A stretch of 64,000 nucleotides of DNA, taken from the NCBI GenBank assembly GCA_002811645.1, contig PDIP01000018.1, forward strand, positions 21,609 to 85,608, given 5' to 3'. The first letter of the stretch is position 1, and every line of letters begins with the position of its first letter. The notes under the pieces are model-generated. The model had not been told where the DNA came from. It did not search any database and worked only from the letters and a program-made list of their open reading frames with translations. This document shows positions 20,537 through 31,312 of the stretch, in pieces. Source of the stretch: Corallochytrium limacisporum Hawaii (taxonomy: Eukaryota; Protista; Pluriformea). Position numbers and translations under genes: made by a program.

Positions 20537-23258
20537 AGGTCTGTTTTGGTATCTACTACTAAACTATTCTCCCTTGTATTCACTCACATCCTCGAAATCT
20601 CCAAGTCTATGGATTGGACCGTCAGCTCTTCAGAGCATATCCTTGACCTTGACCGAATCTACCCCTTCTGTGAAGTACCTTTGTTTCGACGAAGTTGATA
20701 CGCATTGTGGAGCACTGCAGAAATGACAATGTATGCAGCAGGAAGGAACGGCAACACCACACCTTTTCCCACTTACCGCAATCCCCGAGAATTCTCAAAC
20801 CCACGGTCCCTGTGTCCCAAACCGCTGTTTTGAATGGGGGAACTTCACCGGGGGCAGGATCGGTGGCGCACACACTTTCCCTGGCAGCGCGCGCAGCAGT
20901 TTCCGGTCGAATACGCGCACCCCACCCACCGCACACGCGCACACACAGACCCGCCTGGCAGGGAAATAAAACCACCACAGAAACGGCTCGATGCCGGGTC
21001 CAATACACCGGGCACATCGGCCGAAATCGAACTAAGAGCAAGGCCTAGGGAGAAAAGCTTGGGGGGGGGGCGAGGGGAGATGGGCAAGCAAACACACACA
21101 CACACATCTCCCTTTCAGTCTTTCCTGCGGCCCTCCTCAGATTCGGCGCTTAGAATGGTCCGTATATTTAAAACACCGTTACTCGGGAGTCTAAATTTTG
21201 GTATGGGTCTACGGGAGTCTATTTCTTGGTCGACCGGGACAAGGGGAAACTGGCCAGGGCAAAAGGGGAAAAAAAAATACCGGGCCCGCCGATGCGGGCG
21301 TCGGCAGTACTTTTTCTATAGTACACCGCGTGGTTGCTGCCCACGCTCTTTCACCTTAGTCCCCTGTCCCCCAACCCTCTCCATTTTGTAACCAGTACAC
21401 TGAACACCGACGTACGGGTAGTTTGTGTCCACCCCGGTGGCACTCCAGATGCTACGTAGTTGACGGGAAGCTAAAATCACGAGAAAGATACGGTTTTCGC
21501 ATCCATTGTCTGAGTACTTTCAATAAATAAATGGAGGAGAGCTCGGTCCGTGACACCTATGCAATCTAAGAAACCCGTCCGGACGTTGACGGCGGTCCCT
21601 GCGGGCAAAGAATGTACAAGGGCCCAAAATAGCATTGATGCGATAGCTCCCAGAACGTAATGCACATTCAGTACTGTTAATGACAATCGTAAACAAAACA
21701 AACAAAAACAACCCCTCTCCCTTTCTTTTCTCTTCTCACACCGGAATCTCCTCGCTTGCCGTTGCTCACCCCCCTCACGTGGGAGAGGAGGGGTTCCATT
21801 ATCAATGGGACGAGTGCCCTAGGGCAGCACCACTCGCACGGACATGGTCAAAACTTAGAACACACATCGGTGCGCGCCATACTCTTTCCCTTCCCGCACC
21901 CCCCCCCCCCCCGCGCCTCTGTTTGTTGATAGATGCATGCATGTTACATGTTAGAACGCTCCAGATTGGCTGGTTTTTGTACGGTGGTATGTCATGACCA
22001 AGAAATGGAGGTACAGTGGTAGTTCTGTGTTCTAATGCTGTGAGTCTTGGCTGCCGCCTTGAAGCCTGCTGTAGAGTTTTGTGTATGGTCCGATTTTGCA
22101 CATTATCGGACGATGTTTGGGGTCCTGCTGATTCGCTACTGCTGAACGAAACAAAAGCGCAGCACCTTCACACCCACCGGCTCCGCGCACAGTGCTTCCG
22201 TCACTCCCGGGCCTTTGCACTGATGCTTCCCCAATCTTCCGCCCCTTTTCGGATCCAAGCAATTGGTGTGCTCACATACAGCTCATACTTCCGTCACTGT
22301 TACCTCTATACGTACTGAACCATCACAGCAACCTCTCGCTGGCCGCGCACCCATGAGCAAGCATTATCTCTGAATGATGATGGCAGGTGGTGCTACTACA
22401 CTACTGTCGGTGGCGTATTTGCTGTGCTGGTTACCCGCATTAATCGAAGATATCGTCATGGGATTTCCCATTGCACCCAGAGACGGGAAAATATTTTCAA
22501 AACATTCGCACGGCCATTTTTCATGATCGGTACTCAAACAATGGCAAAGTGTCAGGGGCGCTTTCCCTGAGGAGGAGGATTTGTTGGTGGCGGAAAAGGG
22601 CCCTTAGAGAGTGCATGTCCCTGGCCCGATGCACAAGTTCACAAGATTCGGGCGTGATTCTTGCTAAACTGACCAAACAACCTTCGTCCCTTTTGTCTTC
22701 AGTTTTTGACAGATTGGCAACCCTGGTTTACTTTCTGGTGTGGGAGAAGACGCAAGTAGACAGCAAAATTAGCCTCCCTTAAATGTGTGTGCTCAGAGAG
22801 CGATACGGGATCACGCTGGTCGCCAGAAGGAAGGGGAGCGGGGAAGGGGAGGGGTGCAGTTGCCTCCGGAAACCCAACGCTACACCACCGCCAGCCGCCC
22901 GGCCCTCCTCCTCCTCACTCCTAAACGAGAATAGTTACTTTTCTATTTGTTTGGTCTGGAGACACAGGCTGTAAATGTATGTATGAGAGGGAGGGGGTGA
23001 GGGGGGGGAGACGAGAGCGGGTGGGGTGGTGGTGTCCCGGTGGGGTGGTCTCATGTCGTCGGATCTCACACGTCTCCAGTTCTCTCTGAATTTTTTTTTC
23101 TTGTTTGTACCGGAGTGAGGCGGTGTTTGCGTGTGCTTTTGCTTGTTTGCCCCAAGGCCCTCGCAGCGAGGGGGGAGGAGGAGGAGGTGAGCTGTGAGAA
23201 GAGTTTGCCCCTGAGAAACACCTGCGGGTTGGAGTACTAGGCCGGGCGACCTCTCTCG

Positions 23259-23277
23259 ACACACACACACACACACA

Positions 23278-23343
<66 letters not shown>
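23259..23343. repeat. Compound microsatellite (AC)11(TC)31
   Basis: Directly visible; followed by A-rich low-complexity tracts to about 23565. Confidence 0.97.
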
Positions 23344-23346
<3 letters not shown>

Positions 23347-24182
23347 GGTAACAAAGAAAGAAAGAAGAAGGTCTCCTTAAAATTAAAAAAAAAGAAAATG
23401 ACCAGCAGTAAAAAAAAGAACAAGCAATCAACGCTTGCGAAAAGTTCCCTTAAACCCAAAAAAAAAAGAGAGAGAGAACAAAAAGGGAAAAAGAAAGGGC
23501 AAAAAAAAATACAGAGAGAGAGAGAGAGACAAAAGGTGCGCTCGATGGCAGCAAAAAAAAAATGAAGGGTGGAGCCCGGTGGTAAATTTTGCTTTATGCA
23601 GGGAGCCGGCAGCAAAAGAGGGTCTCTGCCCTACCCTCCCTGGCCCACGTCTCCTTCGTACTCCTCCAGCGACAAAGGGTGCGCATATGCGTAGTGAATG
23701 TATGAAGGTACGTGTATGTGTGGGTGGGTGGGTGTGATTATGCGGTTTTCGTCCCTTTCCTGACCTCCGTTCGCGACTGTTGCCGTCCTCCTTGTGCCAA
23801 AAAAAAAAATATCTTGCCGTAACGGAAAAAACTAAGAAGGCCTTCGTGGTGTATGACCGAGTTCTGAGCACTTGGCACAAAGTTTTCTGCAAGCGAAGAA
23901 GAAAGTACACAGCCGGCAAAAATCCACCGGAAAACACACGCACGTATCCCGAGGAAACCCCAAACCAAGGACGAACACTTCTTACTTCTCCGTTGTTCAG
24001 ACTGCGGAAAGACATGATTGGCAATGATAAACAGGACTTAACCCATCCGTGGGGTTTGAAAAAGGTACATCAAGAGGGAAACGTCAACTAAGGCGCCCCA
24101 TCGTGAGCTCAGCTCCGCAAGTAGATATTTTTGGAAACGATCTGGAGAAACACACAGCACAAGCGAAAGGGAAAACCCGAGC

Positions 24183-24725
24183 ATGACATTCTTGACCAAC
24201 CTCACCACTCGTACCGTTGCATCCGTGACCCGCCAAGGTGCGGTCCGTGCATTTAGCGTCAGCGCCTTCCAGCGCTTGCCCAACTCTGGCAGCGCCCGCA
24301 AGCCAGAAGGCACTGAAATGTACGGAGAATACAACTGGGGCTATCAGACCGAAGAAGAAGTTAAGGATCACTACAATCTGGTCAAGGACTGCCCCGAGAA
24401 GCGGAAGCTTGACCCTACGGTCAAGATCGGAGGATACGAAATGGTCGGTTTTGAATACGAAGCCGAAGAAGAAGTGCTGAAGCGTTGGGAAGGAATGAAG
24501 CACTACAGTCCCAAGCAACCCTCTATGGAGCGCATGCGCAACTACGAAATGGCCGGTTTTGACGACGTTTCTGAGGATGTAGTCAAGGCACGCTTTGAGG
24601 CCATTAAGACCTACAGTCCGTTCCTGCCCAAGTACGGCGACCAGTTCGACGTGGTCGGATCCTACACTTGGGACGAAGCGGAAGTTGACGTGAAGGATCG
24701 TGCCAAGAAGATTGAGCAGAAGTAG
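24183..24725 (+). CDS. Uncharacterised 180-aa protein with a mitochondrial-type presequence and internal repeats
   Basis: N-terminus is R/S/T/A-rich with no acidic residues (MTFLTNLTTRTVASVTRQGAVRAFSVSAFQR); codon usage looks coding-like; internal repeats YEMxGF..E..V..R...K.YSP. Confidence 0.75.
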   Translation: MTFLTNLTTRTVASVTRQGAVRAFSVSAFQRLPNSGSARKPEGTEMYGEYNWGYQTEEEVKDHYNLVKDCPEKRKLDPTVKIGGYEMVGFEYEAEEEVLKRWEGMKHYSPKQPSMERMRNYEMAGFDDVSEDVVKARFEAIKTYSPFLPKYGDQFDVVGSYTWDEAEVDVKDRAKKIEQK

Positions 24726-25158
24726 GCAGTACACGAAAATAGAATCGAACGGAAGAAAGCAACCATTGGAACTCTGACAGGGAAGGCCCTCGAACTGCAC
24801 CACAGAATGCAAGATCAGGGGGATCATTCACACCGAGGGCTTGTTCACAATTAGCATGAAAATCTTGAAAACATATTCACACTTATACATAGGATACACA
24901 TAAAAGCTGAAGAACATAAAAAAACAAAAAAAAAATGAATACAAGTGACACAGTTGTTGAGGCATGTAAATGATTTATATGTTTGTTTGAATACACTTTA
25001 CGATAGCTCGGTCTTGACGGTCCTCCGTAAAACAAGGACATGACCAAAACTGATGCGCAGGATAATTCAATTGTATGATATGTCTACAGTCTTGTCTCGT
25101 CGGCATGGGTTCCCGTTTGGATGCGGCACATTCCCGTCACAAGCTCAGTTTCCGCGGT

Positions 25159-26136
25159 TTAGACTCGGCAGTTGTGAATGTCGAAGAGCAGAATGTCAAC
25201 GGCCCCGATTGCCTCCAAGGCGTCCATCTTCTCGTTGGCCTGCTTCTTTGGCACCAAGGTTTTGACGGCGACCCATTCTTCATCCTCCAGGGGACACAAA
25301 GTTGGCGACTTCTTACCTGGAGTGATTTTGATGGCATCTGACAGACGAGCCCGGGGAACGTTATACTCCAGAGCCACGTACCGGTCGGCATCAATGACAC
25401 CAGCAATGCGCTTGGTCAGATTCTTGCACAGATCAGTGTGTTCGGAGTGCTTGTTCATGACAAGGCATGCCTCGGTCTCCATAATCTCGGACACAATCTC
25501 CAAACCAGCGGCACGCATGGTTTCACCGGTCTCGACCAAATCCACGACGGCATCAGCGAGTCCCAAGCCACAGGCCGCTTCAACGCTGCCGCTCACATAC
25601 ATGACGTGGGTCTTATTCTCTCCACTGTCGGCTCCAGCCTCAGCAGCCAGATTGTCAAAGTAGTTCCCAGCGATGCGCCTGAACGAAGTGACAATACGTT
25701 TTCCGAGCAGAGTCTTGGGGTCACTGACCTGTGACCGCACCGGAGCTTGTACGCACAGTTTACACCGCCCGAAGCCCAGCTTGAACAGTTCCACAACATC
25801 AGCGTCATGTTCAGCGACCATATCTTGACCCGTAATTCCCAAATCAACTCGTCCCTCAGCCACGAACAGGGCAATATCCGCTGCAGGCAGGAAAACCAGC
25901 GCAACCGGCATGTTGGAGGCCAGAGCAATGTCGAGGCGATGGTTCCGGCGGTAGCTGATCTGAATATCCTTCAACAGAGCCACAGCCTTCTCGTACAGAC
26001 GTCCCTTTTTGGGGATCGCAAAAAGCAACCGATCTTGCAAGTCGACCGGTGCCGATTTAACGGAATTCTCGAGATAGTTGGTCTTCTTGCCCATGTCCTC
26101 CAAACCCTGGGTGCTGGGCTTTCGATTTTGTGCCAT
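25159..26136 (-). CDS. HIS1: ATP phosphoribosyltransferase, long form
   Basis: FAIPKKGRL, LPAADI..FV.EG.VDLGITGQD, SGSVEAACGLGLADAVVDLVETGETMRAAGL, C-terminal ITPGKKSPT regulatory domain. Confidence 0.96.
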   Translation of the reverse strand: MAQNRKPSTQGLEDMGKKTNYLENSVKSAPVDLQDRLLFAIPKKGRLYEKAVALLKDIQISYRRNHRLDIALASNMPVALVFLPAADIALFVAEGRVDLGITGQDMVAEHDADVVELFKLGFGRCKLCVQAPVRSQVSDPKTLLGKRIVTSFRRIAGNYFDNLAAEAGADSGENKTHVMYVSGSVEAACGLGLADAVVDLVETGETMRAAGLEIVSEIMETEACLVMNKHSEHTDLCKNLTKRIAGVIDADRYVALEYNVPRARLSDAIKITPGKKSPTLCPLEDEEWVAVKTLVPKKQANEKMDALEAIGAVDILLFDIHNCRV

Positions 26137-27164
26137 AGTGCTTTCCTCTAAACAAGTTCTTAAGTTGCCCTACAGATGGTTGCTTTGCTTATTCAGCAAA
26201 CTTACTCTTCTCCTACTTCACCCCACAATTACCAGATTTTCCGGTCTTTGTTTGTCAGCAAATTGTAGTCAACGTCTACTCCTAACCAACGTGGTACCGC
26301 GTAATGTGCCTTCTCCTGAACTAGTCTCCCATACCGCACCAACGCATCCACTAAATACCCAAAACAAACCAATCGGGTGCAGCAAGAAAGATCACTGCCA
26401 CATCGAATGTCCATGAAAGCGACATACCAGCAAACTGGGTTCCAAGGCGTTCCCGACTAATCCGACCCGTTGGCAAACAATTCTGAAGGCGCCACCCCGC
26501 ACCATCTCCCCTCGTCCCTTCGCCTTCTTCCCCACACACAAAACTGTCTCTAGGTCGCGGTGGTCAGTTCTTGACCGAGGCAGTGCCCCCCAACACCACC
26601 ACCACGTTCTCTCGTGGAAGCCGGCACAGAGAAAAGGGGGGAGGGGGGGTTCTCACCCGTGGAGAAGGGGGGGGGCCGCAATAATCCTTTCGTTCAAAAA
26701 ACTCTTGCTGGCAGGAGGTTCTCGTGGGGGGCCGGCAAGCCAATGGCTTTTTTGCTCTCACCCCCACGGGGGCCCCATTGCGGAGCCTGAGGAGGAGAGG
26801 GGCTGGTGGTTTGTTGGGGGGGGGGTTTGGAGGGGGGGGATTGAATATCCCCGGTTCCCATTAATGCCGGCGCAGTATCTCCCCGCGCCCACCTAGGCTG
26901 GCGGGGCTCAGTAGTGAATGTATTGCAAGCCCGAGTGAACGGGAAGGGGCGGGTTGGGTATATTCCAAGATTAGCCTGGTTGATGAGGTGGCATCGGATA
27001 GGGATGGAAACAGCCGTACATTGACTATGGTACACTGCTTGCGGCCCCCACTGCCACCCTTCAAGTCCTCTCCCACGTGTTTCACTTGTCCTAGTTTCAT
27101 TGACTAAGTCATGTATTACGGCTACAGTACTACATATGTCGGACAAGTCGCTCCCGGTGAACGT

Positions 27165-29522
27165 TCACAGCTGCTGTTCCTCTGCAGGCACTAGCCGTAG
27201 GGTAGGCAGCTCATGGTGGTGATCGTGGTCAGTGAGAATTTTTAGCGACTCTGTTTCCTTTCCTTGCGCACTAACGGACATAACTTGCTTCAAACACTCA
27301 ATGTTTTGCATGCAGACACGTCCTAGGCGCTCACATTCTGCGTTGGTGGCGATATCGATGAAAGTGCCGCGCTGCGCAGCAACAGCACCGACTTCATTGG
27401 CCAGGCGATCAATGGAGTGCTTGGCCCGCTCAAAAGATTTGATAGCTTCACCCAAGAGATCCAGGTCCTTGTACTCTTCAGTGCGAAGCGTTTCAAGCCC
27501 ACGCTGGAAGTCCTCGTAGGTGTATGGTGGCGGATTTTTGACCGCAGTGAAGATTTCCATCCGCCTGGCGTATCGCGCCCGCTCCGCCTTTGCCGATCGT
27601 GAGCCGAGCTTAAGGTAGCCCCTGCTCATGAGCCCGGTGAAGGCCAAGCGGTAGGCGTCCATTACAGCGGCTTGAGCTATTGACCTTCCGTAGTGCTGCG
27701 ACATTTCCGCACCGCCACGCAGGAGAATGGTGAGTCCAATTCGGCGCGGCTTCGGCTGTTCGGTACTTAGACTCCCTCCGTACTGTTCACTGAGGGTCTT
27801 GGCGGCCTTGAAGCGGTCCTGGGCCTTTTCATGAACACCAGCCTTGAACCCAAAAAGGTTGGTTGCCCAGAAGAAGGCCTCACCGTAGTCACTGCCCGAT
27901 TGGTAATTCAACTCAAAGCGCAACATGAGGAAGGAAATCATCAGGAACGCCTTCCACAGTAGACAGTATTGGTGAATCGGCAGCCAAACTCGGCCCTCTC
28001 TCGCCAGCATCTCTGCCTCTTGACTGTCGTAGTCGCGCTTAGCGCCATCGATACTCATACGTTTGCCGTAGAAACAGTACTCATTGACGATGCGGTGGCC
28101 ATCGCTGGACGGATCCAATGCATCAGCCAGCGTTAGGAGCATCTTAAGTTCCCATGCCGCGATCAATCCGGTCAGTTCCTCCCACTTCTTCAGTAACGGT
28201 CCCGCGTGTTGATACTGACCCACACGGCTGCGCAGAAGGCACCTGAGAGTGTCAGTGATCAAGACACTGATATCGGTAAATATTCCGCGCAGGTTCTCGT
28301 TCAGGCAAGGTTGGTTGGCCGGTTCGGCATAGGCCGGTGAAGTACTCGCGTCCAGCAAGGGTGAGCCGCACCACAGGTAGGCATCACGCACTGCAACCTC
28401 GGCTGACGAATTTGTGGGCTGGCCAATGCCGAGTAGAATGGCGGCCATGTTAGACCGGTGAACTGTATCCGCCTTCTGTTGACTGTTCATGTAGTAGATA
28501 AAGTCCAGAGCACGTCCCTGTTGGCACGCATGTGGAAGTTGTCCAATGATGCCTGCGTTGCTAATATCCCACTTCACCCACGACATGCCCTCGTAGAAAA
28601 ACTGCATGTCTTTTTTGGCTAAGGCAACATTAGTAGACCATGCAGCGTTGTCATTTTGGCCTGTGGTCATATGACGGAAAAGGGAGGGATGAAACCCCAT
28701 CCACAGATTCTGATGAATCATCGATGGCAGTGCTGTTTGGACTCTCTCTTCCAGCTTGGCCAATTCCTCAGAGGTTTGGTAAGCACTAAACTTCACTTGC
28801 AAGTTGTGGCTGAGCTGGAGCCTCTCAACCGAAGGTGGCGCATCCAATGGTGTGCTAGTGTCTTGATTTAGAGAGAGCAACGTTGTCAGCATCTCCCAGA
28901 TGTCTGTGCGATATTTGAGTGCCAGCCACTGCCATGCGTCTGGCTTGGATTGATCAGCAGCTTTATCACGAATATTGGCTACAATCTTGCGCACATCGTC
29001 TTGAAAGTCGCCTGGTTCGGCAGGAGGAGTTGATCTGCTGAAGTTTAGCAGATCTGGGTGGATGAATTCTTCAGGACCAGCAACTCCTGCTGCCCGAATT
29101 ATGAAGGATGTGAACTCGATTACACCGAGGAAATACTTGAAGAGCATGGACAGTAGTTCATCCTGCAAAAGGCCTGGTTCCATCACGAATACACACGTGT
29201 AGATGCTATTCGCAGGATGGGATCCATTTCGCCACTTGATGATCTGGCTTTGCATACGATCAACAATATAGATCAAGTCTATTGCAGAAAACGAGCAATT
29301 CTTTATCCACCCAGCATCATATGCATCAACTATGCTGATTGGCCTGGGTTCGCCTGGGTATATCACCCCAGGATCGAGTTTGGGATTCATCACTTCAAAA
29401 GCACCCATGGCCTGAGAAAGCTGAAACTTCGGCAAGGCCAACATTTCACCTGGACTAAGCACTGCATCACAAACGTCAATGAAGCGTTTGGATATTTCGA
29501 TCCATTCTTCGTTACTTTCCAT
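27165..29522 (-). CDS. Divergent Mak10/NAA35-like protein (paralog C)
   Basis: WIEISKRF...PGEML...F.L.QAMGAFEVMNPKLDPG, W.NG.HPANSIYTC, shared DAWQWLAL and NLWMGF blocks. The ORF opens at TTG 29582; first ATG is 29522. Confidence 0.8.
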   Translation of the reverse strand: MESNEEWIEISKRFIDVCDAVLSPGEMLALPKFQLSQAMGAFEVMNPKLDPGVIYPGEPRPISIVDAYDAGWIKNCSFSAIDLIYIVDRMQSQIIKWRNGSHPANSIYTCVFVMEPGLLQDELLSMLFKYFLGVIEFTSFIIRAAGVAGPEEFIHPDLLNFSRSTPPAEPGDFQDDVRKIVANIRDKAADQSKPDAWQWLALKYRTDIWEMLTTLLSLNQDTSTPLDAPPSVERLQLSHNLQVKFSAYQTSEELAKLEERVQTALPSMIHQNLWMGFHPSLFRHMTTGQNDNAAWSTNVALAKKDMQFFYEGMSWVKWDISNAGIIGQLPHACQQGRALDFIYYMNSQQKADTVHRSNMAAILLGIGQPTNSSAEVAVRDAYLWCGSPLLDASTSPAYAEPANQPCLNENLRGIFTDISVLITDTLRCLLRSRVGQYQHAGPLLKKWEELTGLIAAWELKMLLTLADALDPSSDGHRIVNEYCFYGKRMSIDGAKRDYDSQEAEMLAREGRVWLPIHQYCLLWKAFLMISFLMLRFELNYQSGSDYGEAFFWATNLFGFKAGVHEKAQDRFKAAKTLSEQYGGSLSTEQPKPRRIGLTILLRGGAEMSQHYGRSIAQAAVMDAYRLAFTGLMSRGYLKLGSRSAKAERARYARRMEIFTAVKNPPPYTYEDFQRGLETLRTEEYKDLDLLGEAIKSFERAKHSIDRLANEVGAVAAQRGTFIDIATNAECERLGRVCMQNIECLKQVMSVSAQGKETESLKILTDHDHHHELPTLRLVPAEEQQL

Positions 29523-31312
29523 TGTACGCCAATTGTTGCGCAATTCTGGCACACTGTATGTACAACCAGTTTTGGGACTCAACCAAAGCCCAACCCAAGT
29601 AACGGTCGTGAACGTACTTTATTGACGGAATGATGAAATGTCTACACTATTTGCTATGCTTGCTAAAGGCACTTTGTCCCCGGGGCCGTGGCCCCACCGT
29701 TGTATTGTCACAAAGTGATTATTCCGCTACCTGGCCGACTACCCCTGGAGATCTCAACTCATATTCTGATTTTCATAGCCGCTGAGTCATTCCCCTGCAA
29801 GATCAGAAACGGAGCCTTGAACAATGAGTTCAATACCAATCTCCCAACAGAAAGGTACACAGGCACAAAAGTCGTGTACACGATCGCACAACCCGCATTT
29901 CCAGCCGATGCGAGATCACCCTCTCCCGAACTCTGAAAATATCTACGCTAAGTTTGGGAACTAACGAAACCACCTACAAGCGGGAATGGGACGTGGCGGT
30001 CTTGTCCCCGCCCTGCGGGGCGGGCGGCCCCCGGGGGGAGAGAGAGAGAGAGACGAAAGGGTTTGCTCACCTCTCAGAATGGTAGTGGCGTCAGCGTACC
30101 TTGCAGGAGTCTGATCGTAGATGTGCCATTCCCTTTGTGCTGAGTGTGAGCAGATTTGTGAGCAGGCCCATCTCTCAAAGCGAAGCTTATCACTCTTCCC
30201 ACTGGCAAGCAGCGCCGTGCTATGGTAATACACTTAGCTAAATCCAGCCATTAACGACATTAGACTGGGCAGGAATTGGGGGGTGGGACGATGGTCGTCG
30301 GCAACAGACCGGAAGAGGCCAAGTGCATCCCGTCTGTTCATTTGTGTCCCGCATAGGTACGAACTTACAGTACCACCGTACCTTATCCAATTTTGCAACC
30401 ATCCCCGGCGGCAAATTAACAACATGAACGGAGTGGGCCCTTAGTTGTCCCCCACTGGCACATGTCAAACAACTGGCAACCCCCGCTTGACCAAGATCCC
30501 TTTTGTTCCCTTCCGCCTCCAAAAAGGACTCTGACTTTTCCAACTGCCATCACTCGCGGCGAAAAATAGAGATCCCTTTCAATCTCTGGAGAAGACGAAA
30601 TATTGACTCCTCACCTCCGTCTGCCTTGAACAGGGTCGGTCAAAGGGTGTCTTAAACCACTCAAAAATGGACGCCCCCTCACAAAGCTAAGCAGGCCGCG
30701 ATGACGGTGAACCCTCATGGGCAAAGGGGAGGGATGCAACCAAGTTTTCCCAAACACGATGGCTCAGGCGCCAATGTGCACACGGGAATGTGTGCATGTA
30801 TTGTCTTGCTCCTCTTTGTTGAGCGTGCACAAGAGTCTGCTGTGGTGGTATAAAGAACTACGCGTACGCGTTTTCTTAAGCAAGTCTAGAGGGAGTTGAT
30901 ATATTACCATTTGGCTTCAGGAGCTGAGCCTTACCCGCATGGTGTATGCGTTTCACCCATCGCAATATGCTATTCTTGTTGTAAAGAACAGCTCCGAGAT
31001 CGTGCCACCAATATCGCGGTTGCTACCAAAATATCACTGGTGCGACTGTTTCATGCCGTGGCAATAGCTTTGATTTCTTTTATCACCTCATCTCCTTTCT
31101 ACAAGTCTTATTTTATCAACGTATGATACCCAATATCAACACTCAATCTCCATGCACTCGTACTCATTTTCTCAAAACTCACTCGGGCTAGAGTCGTCTT
31201 ACTATTCTAGCATTGGATGCAATATACCAATTTGTCTTTCGAGCCGCAGCATGCTGCTACGGAAGAAATTTAGTTACTGGAATGTATTCTCTGTCGTGGG
31301 AGAAGCACAGAT

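Noticed and set aside
22935-23737. ORFs with poly-ER, poly-F or poly-K
   Set aside because: Translations of microsatellite and A-tract sequence.
24084-24827. 247-aa minus-strand ORF
   Set aside because: Antisense shadow of the 24183-24725 gene.
29583-31312. A possible fourth, decayed Mak10 copy between paralogs C and B
   Set aside because: I recognised no Mak10 blocks in the short ORFs; a frameshift-aware alignment is needed to exclude it fully.
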